A stretch of 43,454 bases of DNA from assembly GCF_006345805.1 (NCBI RefSeq), contig NW_021835090.1:1-43454 (forward strand), given 5' to 3'. Below, piece after piece: positions 1-11,984 of the stretch. The notes beneath the pieces were generated by a model. The model did no database searches and was not told where the DNA came from. It worked only from the letters and a program-made list of their open reading frames with translations. This stretch comes from Octopus sinensis. Its lineage: Eukaryota. Each line of letters opens with the position of its first letter. Position 1 is the stretch's first letter. The position numbers and the translations under genes were made by a program.

Positions 1-8
1 ATGCACAT

Positions 9-18
9 ATGTATATAT

Positions 19-49
<31 letters not shown>

Positions 50-85
50 TTATATATGTATATTACGTATGCATATATATATAAC

Positions 86-129
<44 letters not shown>

Positions 130-207
130 CAAGCATACGCACGCACATACAAAACGCATGTACATGTAGATATATACGTATATATACGTATATACATTTA
201 CATATAC

Positions 208-251
<44 letters not shown>

Positions 252-470
252 AAGAGAGAATGTGGTGTGAGAAAATATGCTACAACACAAGCACATGGGC
301 AGAGCTATGCGTAATTCACACGTGAAAACACACATACACACACACACATATATACATATGCATACACACACATTTATATATATATACACACATGCATACT
401 CACACACACACACACACACATACACACGCAGACACACACACATATATATCTATATATATATGCACGATAA
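9..470. repeat. Compound (TA)n/(CA)n microsatellite
   Basis: Direct reading; explains the ORFs at 9-489. Confidence 0.95.
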
Positions 471-572
471 GATATATGATATAATATAAAGTGCGTACAT
501 CTATGTACACGCACGTTGTTTTGTAATGTTTCAGAGTTACACTTCGTTTGTATGTTTATTATAACAATTTGT

Positions 573-906
573 GTGAGGGCGCGTGGCTTAGCGGTTAGGG
601 CATTCGGCTCATGATCGTAAGGTTGTGAGTTCGATTCCCGGCGACGCGTTGTGTCCTTGAGCAAGACACTTTATTTCACGTTGCTCCAGTCCACTCAGCT
701 GGCAAAAATGAGTTGTACTTGTATTTCAAAGGGTCAGCCTTGTCACTCTCTGTGTCACGCTGATTATCCCCGAGAACTACGTTAAGGGTACACGTGTCTG
801 TGGAATGCTCAGCCATTTGCACGTTAATTTCACGAGCAAGCTGTTCCGTTGATCGTATCAGCTGGGACCCTCGTTGTCGTAACCGGCGGAGTCTTTAAAA
901 AAAAAA
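573..906 (+). mobile_element. tRNA-derived SINE, head C + tail X, full length
   Basis: A box gtggcttagcggttag, B box gagttcgattcc, CORE-like gtccttgagcaagacactt, A-tail, and 12-bp TSD ataacaatttgt at 561-572 and 907-918. Confidence 0.9.
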
Positions 907-1170
907 ATAACAATTTGTAGATTGTGATAGAAGCCATTTGAAAATAAAAAATAAAAATAAAAATAGACTCATTTTCCGCTTTGTTATTTGTGTATCCCGG
1001 TTTCCACTATCGTTCCATAATATTTTGCAACTTAAATGTTACAGGAATTCAACTAGTAAACTCAATAATATTCTAATATATATTTTTCCTGACACCCATA
1101 ATCTCTGATTAAATGCCTATTATAAGTGTTCTATTGTTTAGGGCTATCTGGCTCTCAGTTGTACTATATA

Positions 1171-1172
1171 GC

Positions 1173-1204
<32 letters not shown>

Positions 1205-1218
1205 CTCTCCTCTCTCTC

Positions 1219-1259
<41 letters not shown>

Positions 1260-1292
1260 TAATATATAATATATATATATATATATACATAT
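1171..1292. repeat. (CT)n + (TA)n microsatellite
   Basis: Direct reading. Confidence 0.95.
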
Positions 1293-1456
1293 GTCGTAGG
1301 AGTGGCTGTGTGGTAAGTAGCTTGCTTACGAACCACATGGTTCCGGGTTCAGTCCCACTGCGTGGCACCTTGGGCAAGTGTCTTCTACTATAGCCTCGTT
1401 CGACCAAACCTTGTGAGTGGATTTAGTAGACGGAAACTGAAAGAAGCCCGTCGTGC

Positions 1457-1550
<94 letters not shown>

Positions 1551-1710
1551 TTGTGTGTCAATGTTTGTCGCCCCAACATCGCTTGACAACCGATGCTGGT
1601 GTGTTTACGTCCCCGTAGAGAGACCGATAGTATAAGTCCTGGGGTCGATTTGCTCGACCAAATGCGGTGCTCCAGCATGGCCACAGTCACATGACTGAAA
1701 CAAAAGAGTA
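1293..1710 (+). mobile_element. SINE family A with internal (TA)n(TG)n and a deletion in the 3' half
   Basis: Head ggagtggctgtgtggtaag...gggttcagtccc, CORE-like ggcaccttgggcaagtgtctt, tail gactgaaacaaaagag; matches more than 10 copies in the window. Confidence 0.9.
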
Positions 1711-2104
1711 TATATATATCTATATATATATATATATATAATATATATATAAGTTTGAGTCTTGGAGACGTGAATCAATTGTTATGTCCAGTGTATTCAG
1801 CTTCAACTAAAGGCTGACAATTACCTAGAAGAGCTAAGCATCGAACTTATGTCATGCATTCGCTGGTTGTTTCAAAGACCTTGCTCACACTTATGCTTTC
1901 ACATCATTCAGAATACAGTGAACTTTACTAGTACACTATCGCATTCAGTGAGATTCAGGGCTTTTGTCTGTAGTCAGAAAGGGAGAAAAAAATATCGCCT
2001 TTAACTAACGATTTGTCATGTGTGAAGCGTCTAATGAAGCATCGCTGTGTGATCAATGCGGTGCAAGATTAAATCCTTCATATTTAACTTGAATACAAGC
2101 CTCC

Positions 2105-2136
2105 TGAATTCATATCTATCTATCTATATATCTCCC

Positions 2137-2183
<47 letters not shown>

Positions 2184-2216
2184 CACTATATACACGTGTG
2201 TGTATACATTTATGTG

Positions 2217-2306
<90 letters not shown>
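2105..2306. repeat. (TA)n-rich microsatellite
   Basis: Direct reading. Confidence 0.95.
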
Positions 2307-2309
<3 letters not shown>

Positions 2310-2443
2310 GCTGGAATTTACAAAAAATAAACGAAAGAAAAGACGAAGACACGTGTAAAAACCACAAGCAGATGTATTATTTTAACGCTCGGAAAGGGAA
2401 AAAGTTTTACGTTTCGTGCCTAGGCTCTTCAATACAAAGGAGC
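2307..2443 (-). mobile_element. Short PLE-type terminal-repeat piece with a degenerate hammerhead motif, between (TA)n tracts
   Basis: Minus strand reads ttgaagagc-ctag-gcac-GAAAC-GTA-aaac; the downstream part is homologous to 41652-41760. Confidence 0.55.
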
Positions 2444-2458
2444 ATATATATATTATAT

Positions 2459-2489
<31 letters not shown>

Positions 2490-2492
<3 letters not shown>

Positions 2493-2697
2493 ATAATAAT
2501 AAAATTAGGAATAAATCCAAATTTACAGGGAAAAAAATCAGATTTAGGATTAAATCCAATTTTATAGTAAAATATTATAAATATTATTAGAGACAAAACC
2601 AGTCAATATTGACTATTTATTAAAATTTTATGTATTGATTAAGTCTTTCCTTGTTTGTTTTGCAAAATAGTGGTTTTGTCTCTAATAAATATTTATA
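2490..2697. repeat. Fold-back insert between (TA)n tracts
   Basis: Arm attattagagacaaaacca (about 2576-2601) is inverted at 2671-2697; internal palindrome agtcaatattgact. Confidence 0.7.
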
Positions 2698-2739
2698 TAT
2701 ATGTGATATATATATATTATATATATAATATATATATTA

Positions 2740-2772
<33 letters not shown>

Positions 2773-3059
2773 TATTGCCATCAGCCGCATCCACACAGGA
2801 ATTCCTATCCCATATATCTCCTTTGGTCACCATAGGTATGTTTCCCTGCAAACGCCGCAATTCCTCGTTACGTCCTTCCGTGCCAGAATGAGGTCTCTTT
2901 AGTAGATTTCTTTCCCAGTTTTTTTTTCCTCGTATCTGCTGATTTGCGAAGATTCAAGAGGTACACTTGTGGCGTACCTCTCATTAAACTAGTGGAAACC
3001 TGCATAAGCTATCAGCAACGGCCCTCCTCCAAGAGCAGGAAATAAATTAAGGCGCACAC

Positions 3060-3090
<31 letters not shown>

Positions 3091-3321
3091 TGTATGTATG
3101 CATGTATGCATGCATGCATGTATGTATATATTATGTATTACGTATGTGTCTGTATAAGTATACATGTATGTATCTATGTGTGTATACATGTATATAAGTA
3201 TGCATGTATGTATGAATCTACTTATCTACGCACACATACATAAATGTATGTAGATGTGTATTTATGGATGTATGGATGTATATGCGTATGACTGTGTGTG
3301 TGTGTGTGTGTGTGTGTGTGC
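3060..3321. repeat. (TATG)n/(TG)n compound microsatellite
   Basis: Direct reading. Confidence 0.9.
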
Positions 3322-3525
3322 ATATAAAACCTTCACACCAAATGTGCAGACACTGAATTTGAAGTTTTGGCTTGGGTCCTACATCTTACGCATGCGCACC
3401 CCAACTTTGTGCCCTGTTTTGCACATCCCTTATTACAAAAGTTTCTTGCCAGATTTAGTAACATTTTCTTTACTTTATCCGTTTGTACCTCAATGTTCCA
3501 TCAAACAAAACGCGTAATTATCAGC

Positions 3526-3690
3526 TAATTGACTTAACTAAGTACAATGATAATTCTTTCGATATCTACAAATGCTTACTTTTATATTCGATTTATCATA
3601 CTTTCTGTAGTTTTTAATATTTCTCCCCACCCCCAGTGGGTTGAAATCACCTTTAATCAAAGACAAAGACTTCCCAAATTTTACGGTATC
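3526..3690 (+). repeat. Copy 1 of an about 165-bp non-SINE direct duplication
   Basis: Aligns to 4878-5040 at roughly 85-90% identity by eye. Confidence 0.85.
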
Positions 3691-3727
3691 ATCGCAATTA
3701 TCTGTTGCAGTAATTATCACCAAGTAT

Positions 3728-4142
3728 AAGGTGATCAGATGGCAGAATTGTTAACGCGCCGAGCAAAATGTTTAGAGAAATTTCGTCCACGTTCTGAGTT
3801 CAAATTTCGCCGAGGTCGACTTTGCTTTTCAGCCTTTCGGAGGTGATAAAATGCCACTTACACACTGGTTTCGTTGTAATCAACTTATACCCTTTCCCCG
3901 GATGTGAAACCAATATCAACTAGGTATAAGGCAGCAAGGTGACAGAATCGTTAAAACATGGGGGGAAATGCTTAGAGGTATTTCGCTTATCTTTACGTTA
4001 TGAGATCAAGTTCTACTGTGGATGACTTCGTCGTTCATCAATTTGAAATCGATAAAGTAAGTACCAGTTGAATACTGGAATTGACGTAATCAACTTATAC
4101 CCTCCCCCCTACATTTCTGGCAGTTTTCCAAAATTTGAAATC
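3728..4142 (+). mobile_element. Two old family B SINEs in tandem
   Basis: Degenerate ggcagaa...gagttcaaat...gtcgactttgc...aagtaccag motifs occur twice. Confidence 0.75.
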
Positions 4143-4168
4143 GTTACTAACCATTTATCAACAGTTAA

Positions 4169-4322
4169 AGTGGCTGTGTGGTAAGTAGCATGCTTACGAA
4201 CCACATGGTTCCGGGTTCTGTCTCACTGCGTGGCGCCTTAGGCAAGTGTCTTCTACTATAGCCTCGGATCGACCAAAGCCTTGTGAGTGGATTTGGTAGC
4301 CGGACACTGAAAGAAGCCCGTC

Positions 4323-4363
<41 letters not shown>

Positions 4364-4617
4364 TAGATATGTATGCATGCGTATGTATATGATTGTGTGG
4401 CTGTGTTTGTCCCCTCAACATCGCTTGACAACCGATGCTGGTGTGTTTACGTGCCCGTACTTAGCGGTTCGGCAAAAGCAACCGACAGAATAATTACAGG
4501 CTTACAAAGATTAAGTCCTGGGGTCGATTTCTTTGACTAAATGCGGTGCTCCAGCATGGCCAATGTCAAATGACTGAAACAACTAAAAGAGTAAAGAGAG
4601 TAGATAGTAAAGAGTTA
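4169..4617 (+). mobile_element. SINE family A
   Basis: Near full-length match to the other A copies, internal (TA)n, aaagagt tail. Confidence 0.9.
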
Positions 4618-4649
4618 GAATATAACCCTAGGCAATTTTTGCTTTCCTG

Positions 4650-4870
4650 TACAGCAAGGTACCCGTCCACCAATTTATTGTTTCTACCCATGAAGATCTC
4701 AAGGGTAAATTCAAGTTGGTGTCAGTGACTTCGCACATGAACTGAGAAAGTTATGAACCAGAACAAATAAATAATTTCAAGCATTTAGCTCGACACAAAA
4801 AAAAGTTAACAAGATCACCGACCCAGAATATCAAAACGCATGGGTAGGATTTGAACTCAGTTCACAAGGA
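4650..4870 (-). mobile_element. Highly decayed family B fragments
   Basis: ggatttgaactcag is the reverse complement of the B box; weak body similarity. Confidence 0.4.
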
Positions 4871-4877
4871 CCAGCGA

Positions 4878-5040
4878 TAATTAACTTAACTAAGTGCAAT
4901 GATAATTCTTTCGATATCTACAAATGTATATTTTATATTCAATTTATCATACTTTCTGCAGTTTTTAATGTTTCTTACCCCACCCCGTTGGTCGAAAATA
5001 TCTATAATCAAAGACAAAGACATCCCAAATTTTCCATGAT
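4878..5040 (+). repeat. Copy 2 of the about 165-bp direct duplication
   Basis: Aligns to 3526-3690. Confidence 0.85.
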
Positions 5041-5136
5041 ACTAACCCGCGGCAAACAATGGACCTATCAATTTTACATTGCTTCCCATGTGTTCTTTCC
5101 TTGCCTGGATAGTAGAAGATAACTTTATGGAAGTAT

Positions 5137-5373
5137 AAGGCGGCGAGCTGGCAGAAACGTTAGCGCGCCGGGCGAAATGCTTAGCAGTATTTCGTCTGCC
5201 GTTACGTTGTGAGTTCAAATTCCGCCGAGGTCGTCTTTGCCTTTCATCCTTTCGGGGTCGATAAATTAAGTACCAGTTACGCACTGGGGTCGATGTAATC
5301 GACTTCATCCGTTTGTCTGGCCTTGTTTGTCCCCTCTATGGGGGTAATACCCCCTTGTGGGTAATAAAGAAAT
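5137..5373 (+). mobile_element. Young family B SINE with a 20-bp TSD
   Basis: TSD agataactttatggaagtat at 5117-5136 and 5374-5393; head aaggcggcgagctggcagaa; B box gagttcaaattcc. Confidence 0.95.
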
Positions 5374-5644
5374 AGATAACTTTATGGAAGTATGGTTATT
5401 CTTTCAAACAGCCCGAGTAATTACTTGATGTTTAACTCAAGGTTAACCCTGATCGAACACACACTAGTTCAAAGAATTTCTGCTTCAGAATATTTCAATT
5501 ATTTATTTCCGATTGAGTTTTTAAAATATGTAGCGTATGGTTTGAGAGAAATTTAGCTGCTATTTCTTGTAGGTCAAGAAATGCTATTTTATTCGTTCTA
5601 TTTTAAATTATTTATTGTTTTATTACATAATATTAAGCATATGT

Positions 5645-6045
5645 GGCGCAGGAGTGGCTGTGTGGTAAATAGCTTACTTACCAACCACATGTTTCCGGGC
5701 TCAGTCCCACTACGTGGCACCTTGGGCAAGTGTCTTCTAGCTATAGCCTCGGGCCGACCAAAGCCTTGTGAGTGGATTTGGTAAACGGAAACTGAAAGAA
5801 GCCCGTCGTATATATGCATATATATATATATATGCGTGTGTGTTTATGTGTCTGTGTTTGTCCCCCTAACATCGCTTGACAACCGATGCTGTTGTGCTTA
5901 CGTCCCCGTAACTTAGCGGTTCGGGAAAAGAGATCGATAGAATAAGTACTAGGCTTACAAAGATTAAGTCCTATGGTCGATTTGCACGACTAAAGTTGGT
6001 GCTCCAGCATGGCCACAGTCATATTACTGAAACAAGTAAAAGAAG
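5645..6045 (+). mobile_element. SINE family A
   Basis: Full-length match to the other A copies. Confidence 0.9.
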
Positions 6046-6524
6046 TATGTGAGAGTAAAAAAAAAAAAAACTAATTTCCTCTATTTGCAAACATTCTCTA
6101 GAAGGAATTTGTATTGTATTTTTTTTTTTTTTTTTTTATCGACGCGTGAATTCAAATGCATCCTTCATTTAACAAAGCCACTCGCGCAAAGTACACATCT
6201 CTAACAGAAGTAAATGATATCAAGTGGCGATGCCAAGTGTTAATTGCCTTGACTACAGATAATGTACTATAATGGTTTGGCTGTCACTCGTAAGCGACTC
6301 GGACCTGCTAGCTTACACCACGTTTTTGCTGCTCTACATGCTTATGTAGTTGTGTGCAGTCACAGAGACATACATACTCGGCATTCTCACTGCTGACTAA
6401 GCTAAAAATCGAGGATGTGACAACTGAAAGCTAAGAGAACTACGCCACTACTTGGCTGGTACGCATTAACGGCAGAGCAGACTGTGGCTACGTGAAATCA
6501 AAGGACTTAGCAGGCTATACGTTT

Positions 6525-6585
6525 CTGGAATCGAACCCACGACTTTAAAATTTCAAGTCCACCACTATAAACACGTTCCTTCACA
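6525..6585 (-). mobile_element. Decayed tRNA-like SINE head
   Basis: Minus strand ...tatagtggtgggac...gtcgtgggttcgattcc gives A/B-box-like motifs; no intact cloverleaf. Confidence 0.4.
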
Positions 6586-6918
6586 TAGGGACCTATGTGA
6601 TGGTGTGCGCACTACCATACTCAAGGGATTTACAGGGATGGTCATGCAATTGTATTGTGTTTCTGTGTTGTCCATGTGGTTAAACTGTTCTAACGATGGA
6701 TGGAGGATGTTGTTGTTGTCAGTGTTGTTATTGTTGTTGGAGGCTGTGTTGAGTTGGTACAATTGTGCTGCGTTCAAATCCAGCTTTGGTTAACTTTGGT
6801 TTCAAACTTACGGAAACGATGTATTAAAGTACCTGGAATTTTATTGTGTTATTAATATTTAGCACAAATATGACCCTGATCGAGTATTGACGATATAATC
6901 CCCTATTTGTAAACAGTA

Positions 6919-7329
6919 GGCGTAGGAATGGCTGTGTAGTAAGTAGCCTTCTTACGAACCACATGGTTCCGGGTTCAGTCCCACTGCGTGGCACCTTGGG
7001 CAAGTGTCTTCTACTATAGCCTCGGGCCGACCAAAGCCTTGTGAGTGGATTTGGTAGACGGAAACTAAAAGAAGCCCGTCGTATATATGTATATATATAT
7101 ATATATATATGTGTATGCATATGTTTGTGTGTTTGTCCCCCAAATATCGCTTAACAAGAGATGCTGGTGTGTTTACGTCCCTGTAATTTTGCGGTTCGGC
7201 AAAAGAGATCGAAGTACTAGGCTTCCAAAGAATAAGTCCTGGGGTCGATTTGCTCGACTAAAGGCGGTGCTCCAGCACGGCCACAGTCACATGACTGAAA
7301 CAAGTAAAAGAGTAAAGAGTAAAAGAGTA
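6919..7329 (+). mobile_element. SINE family A
   Basis: Full-length match with an (aaagagt)n tail. Confidence 0.9.
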
Positions 7330-7991
7330 TTAGAGAGTGGCTTAAGAAAAACTGGGTTGTTATTTTCCGCAGGCAATATTATTTGTAATAATATATTTTA
7401 ATGATATCATTTCTAATGTCTTGTTGACCATAACGATTGGATTAAGGTCCGATACAATAAAATTCATGATTCCTCAGCAACAGTGCAACTCGAAAGAAAC
7501 AGAGCACTTTTACCGTTATCTAATGTTACTGTTTATAAATAGGTACCATATATAAATAATGTATTTCCTAGTGGCTAGGGGTTGTGACCCAAGGTAATTA
7601 GCAGTCGTAATTTGTTCAACGCAGCGGCTAGGCCCAAACTTTCTGGATGCGAAACATAATGCATGTAGGAGCCACTTCAGTACGTTATCAATTCTCTATA
7701 TATATATCCACAGTCAGTAAGTCTGCTGGCTCTCTTTAATCCAACGGCTGAGTTGTTGTGGAACGTGAAAGTGAAAGCAACACAGAAAGGATAGAGTAGA
7801 TATTGTACTCTGATACATACTGACTGAATAAAATACTGGATGGTCACAGCTGGAAATAATTTGTTCACAGGTATACTCAGTTAGAACAGAAACCGGGGTA
7901 TGCATTAATTCGGCGCTCCTCGACTCTGGTTATCGTATAGCTTCATATTAAAGATCGCTTGCGATTTGTACCATAGAAATCTATAAATTTA

Positions 7992-8447
7992 AAGGCGGCG
8001 AGCTGGCAGAAACGGTAGCACGCCGGGCAAAATGCTTAGCGTTATTTCGTCTGCCGTTACGATCTGAGTTCAAATTCCGCCAAGGTCGACTTAGCCTTTC
8101 ATCCTCTCGGGATCGATAAATTAAGTACCAGTTACGCACTGGGGTCGATATAATCGACTTAATCCGTTTGTCTGTCCTTGTTTTTACTCTCTGTGTGTAG
8201 CCCCTTCTGGGCAGTAAAGAAATAAGAAACGTTAGTACGCCGGGCGAAATGCTTATCTGTATTTCGTGTGCCGTTACGTTCTGATTTCAAATTCCGCCGA
8301 GGTCGACTTTGCCTTTCATCCTTTCGGGATCGATAAATTAAGTACCAGTTGCGCACTGGGGTCGATATAATCGACTTGATCCGTTTGTCTGTCCTTGTTT
8401 GTCCCGTCTATGTTTGGCCCCTTGTGGGTAATAAAGAAATAAGAAAT
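7992..8447 (+). mobile_element. Family B SINE head-to-tail dimer
   Basis: Unit 1 at 7992-8224; unit 2 restarts at agaaacgttag (8225). Confidence 0.9.
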
Positions 8448-9044
8448 CCATAGCGTTAACAGAATTATTCGAGAGAAAACTTAAAGAACAGTTAGAGAGA
8501 TGCTGAGAATTTGCCCCTACGTGACTCCACGTGCAGGAACTATGTAAAACAGAGACAAACGAGTCCGAATCACATATGCCTTCTTTAAAACCGAGCAAGA
8601 ATCCATTGGACAATATAAGAACTGACAGGCGGCCAATGCTGGAAATCGATCTGTCAAATATCTGATACATTAGAAGGGAACTAATACTGAACTAAATAAC
8701 TGCACGAACAGCATCTCCAACCCCCAAGGAGCTATCGAACTTGACTGTCGATTTTTATTACGGTAGAATCAATATTAAAATTGGGATGATGGATAAATTC
8801 CTCATCATGATGGAAAAGATGTAGCCTGATAAGCAACGCAAGGAGAAAAATGTCCATAGTGTTTACATTTACGTATACATGCATTCAAATTTCAAACCTC
8901 ACTGGAGTTATCTACGCTGATATATTCAATCTTCCAAGTCCCAAAATTATAAATACAGTAATACAAATAAAGTAGCTATAGCTTCGTGCCTCCATAAGAA
9001 AACATCAGCGTTATTAAGGTCAGTCGAACAATGAAGGCAGCAAA

Positions 9045-9270
9045 CTAGGCAAATGGTTAGCAGTCCGAACCGAATGATTAGCGATATTTTGCGGGGTTTC
9101 ACACTCTGAGTTCGAATGCCGCCGAGCAAAATTTTGACATTCATTCTTTACGGGGTCGATAAAATAAGTGCCTGCTGAGCACTAGAGTCGATATAATCGA
9201 ATTATCCTCCCCCGAAATTGCAGGCCTTGTGCCAGTTCTAGAAAGGATTATTACTAATATTATTATTATT
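9045..9270 (+). mobile_element. Old family B SINE with the older tail type
   Basis: ggggtcgataaaataagt...cctcccccgaaattgcaggccttgtgcc...agaaaggattatt. Confidence 0.75.
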
Positions 9271-9556
9271 ATGTTTTTTTTCCTTCTTTCTTCAAATTTT
9301 CTTCCGTTTCTCGCCGAGTGTTTTCCATACACCTAGGGCAGAGAAGGGCATTGTATGCATTCCCAGATTACACGCGCAAATTCACAGATAAAATATGTAT
9401 TTAAAAATTAATAAATAAATAAATTCATGGATGGATGTTATTTTCACAACGATAATGCTCTTCTCAGTACATGGGCCATTCCAGTTAATACGATTTTTTG
9501 CACTTCCTGTATGGATGGTAAGCCTGGGATCATTTTCAAATAGGATTCAGTACCTT

Positions 9557-9612
<56 letters not shown>

Positions 9613-9758
9613 TATTATTATTAAGGGAACAGTGTTTAGGACTGTGCGTTGGCAGAAACGTTTCAACGTCGAGTATATATTTCTTATATACAGAATGGCC
9701 GAAAAGTCACACGCTGGAGGCATGAGGTGATGCCAATGGATCGCAATATAGAGTCAGA

Positions 9759-11300
9759 GAAGGCGGCGAGCAGGCAAAAACCTTAGTACGCCGGGTGAAA
9801 TGCCTAGCGGTATTTCCTCTGCCGTTACGTTCTGAGTTCAAATTCCGTCGCGGTCGACTTTGCCTTTCATTCTTTAGGGGTCGATAAATTAAGTACCAGT
9901 TACGCACTAGGGTCGATGTATTCGACTTAATGCTTCATCTGTACTTGTTTATTCCCTCTATGTTTAGCCCCTTGTCGGTAATAAAGAAATAGGTATTTCG
10001 TCTGCCTCTACTTTCTGAGTCCAAATTCCGTCGAGGTCGAGTTTGCCTTTCATTCTTTCGGGATCGATAAATTAAGTACCAGTTACGCACAGGGGTCGAT
10101 GTAATCGACTTAATCCGTTTGTCTGTACTTGCTTGTCCCCTCTATGTTTAACCCCTTGAGGTTAATGCCTTTCTCTGTCCTTGTTTGTTCCCTGAATGTT
10201 TAGCCCCTTGTGGGTAATAAAGAAATAAGAAAACTTAGCACCCCGGGCGAAATACTTGGCGGCATTTCGTCTGTTTTAACATTCTGAGGTCAAATTCTGT
10301 CGAGGTCGTCTTTGCCTTTCATCCTTTAGGAGTCGATAATTTAAGTACCAGTTGCGTATTGAGGTCGATCAAATAGCATGGCCTCCTCCCCCAAATTTTC
10401 GGGCCTTCTGCCCAGAATAGAAAAAAGTATACAGTCACAGCATGTGGCGAGCTGGCAGACACGTTTGCACGCCGGGCGAGATGCTTGGCAGCATTTCATC
10501 TGTCTTTACGTTCTGAGTTCATATTCCGACGAGGTCGATTTTGCCTTTCATACTTTCGGGGTCGATAAATTAAGTACCAGTTGTATACTGGGGTCGATCT
10601 AATCGACACGCTCCTCCCCCAAAATTTCGGGCCTCGTGCCTAGAGTAGGAATTACAGTCAGAGTTGGTTACATTTGACGCATCCTCTACTATATTTCTTC
10701 TCATCTGTTATGTTCTGAGTTCAAATTCTTCTGCCGTCAACGTCATCTTTTATCCTTCAGAGGTCTCTAAATAAAAATAGCGGTCGAGTACTGAGGTCGA
10801 TGTTAGCGATTAGCCATCACTCCTCACATCTGCTTGACTTCAGCCAAAATGTTTCAAATTTTGGGTGGCGAACAGTTAAAATTATTAGCATTTCGAATAC
10901 AAAGGTAAGCGGTATTTTTTTACGCCACTTTACGTTATGAGTTCAAATCCCGGCGTGGTCAACTTTGCCAAATTTTTTGTGGGTTTATAAAATAAGTACC
11001 GGTTTATCACTGGGGTCAACGTTATCGATTTCCACACTCCCTTCAAATTTCAGGCATGGTGCCAAAATTGAAAAGAAATGCTATTATTGTAACTTCGTGA
11101 AGAGCGTCGTGTTAGTAAAACTGTAAGTTGTTAGAACTTCGGAAAAATGCTTTGCGCTATTTGTTCCGGCTCTTTACTCTCAAAGTTCAAAATCTAGCTC
11201 CGACGTGAACGTTCCTGTTATCCTTTCGCTGTCGATAATATACAGTAACCTTTAAGTATTCTGATTAAATACCCTCAACTTAAAATTGCATGTCTTGTAA
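9759..11300 (+). mobile_element. Same-orientation array of about 8 family B units and fragments of different ages
   Basis: Repeated gagttcaaattcc / gtcgataaattaagtaccag motifs; divergence generally increases toward the 3' end. Confidence 0.85.
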
Positions 11301-11328
11301 TTATGTTCGAAAATATATTTGAACTAAT

Positions 11329-11744
11329 TGTGTGGTAAGTAGCTTGCTTACCAACCACATGGTTCCGGGTTCAGTCCCACTGCGTGGCACTTTGAGAAAA
11401 TGTCTTCTACTATAGCCCCGAGCCGACCAAAGCCTTGTGAGGGGATTTGGTAGACGGAAACTGAAAAGAAACCCGTCGTATATATGTATATGTATACCTA
11501 TATATATGAGTGTGTTTGTGCGTCTGTGTTTGTCCCCCCAACATCGCTTTACAACCGATACTGGTGTGTTTACATCCCCGTAACTTATCGGTTCGACAAA
11601 AGAGACCGATAGAATAAGAACTAGGCTTACAAAGAATATTTCCTGGGGTCTGCTCAATGCGATGCTCCAACATGCCCGCAGTCAAATGACTGAAACAAGT
11701 AAAAGAGTAAAGAGTAAAGAGTAAAGAGTAAAGAGTAAAGAGTA
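11329..11744 (+). mobile_element. SINE family A, slightly 5'-truncated, with about six aagagta tail repeats
   Basis: Match to the other A copies. Confidence 0.9.
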
Positions 11745-11984
11745 CAGAGCAATTGAGGACAATGGATTGAGAAAAATGGTTGGAACGTGGGAAAATAGTA
11801 CCCTGCGGATCATTTCTTATCTGTACGCTGTGAATTCAAATCAAACCAATGTCAAATTTGTTTTTCACCATTTTGAAAATGAAAAAAACTTAAGTACCAG
11901 TCTAATACTGGAGATATTTATCGACTAAGCCCTTTTCTTATATGTATAATTTTGTTACTGATTTTGAAACATTAATTTCGGTAA

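Noticed and set aside
575-650. tRNA gene call for the SINE heads (also 14812, 27533, 30430-30497)
   Set aside because: A and B boxes are present, but the acceptor stem is not closed and each continues into a SINE body.
2775-2960. Possible RTE-type LINE 3' coding remnant on the minus strand
   Set aside because: The resemblance by eye is only faint (…KNWERNLLK…DIWDRNSCV…) and cannot be supported without BLASTx.
3560-3690. GDFN motif suggesting an APE endonuclease
   Set aside because: The motif is not kept in the duplicate copy at 4878-5040 and no other APE motifs are nearby.
6565-6800. Minus-strand Asn-rich ORF (LNAAQLYQLNTASNNNNN...)
   Set aside because: It is driven by an (AAC)n-like low-complexity stretch; there is no recognised domain and no convincing donor site.
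8450-8940. SINE-free, slightly coding-looking stretch
   Set aside because: All frames have frequent stops and I recognise no motif.
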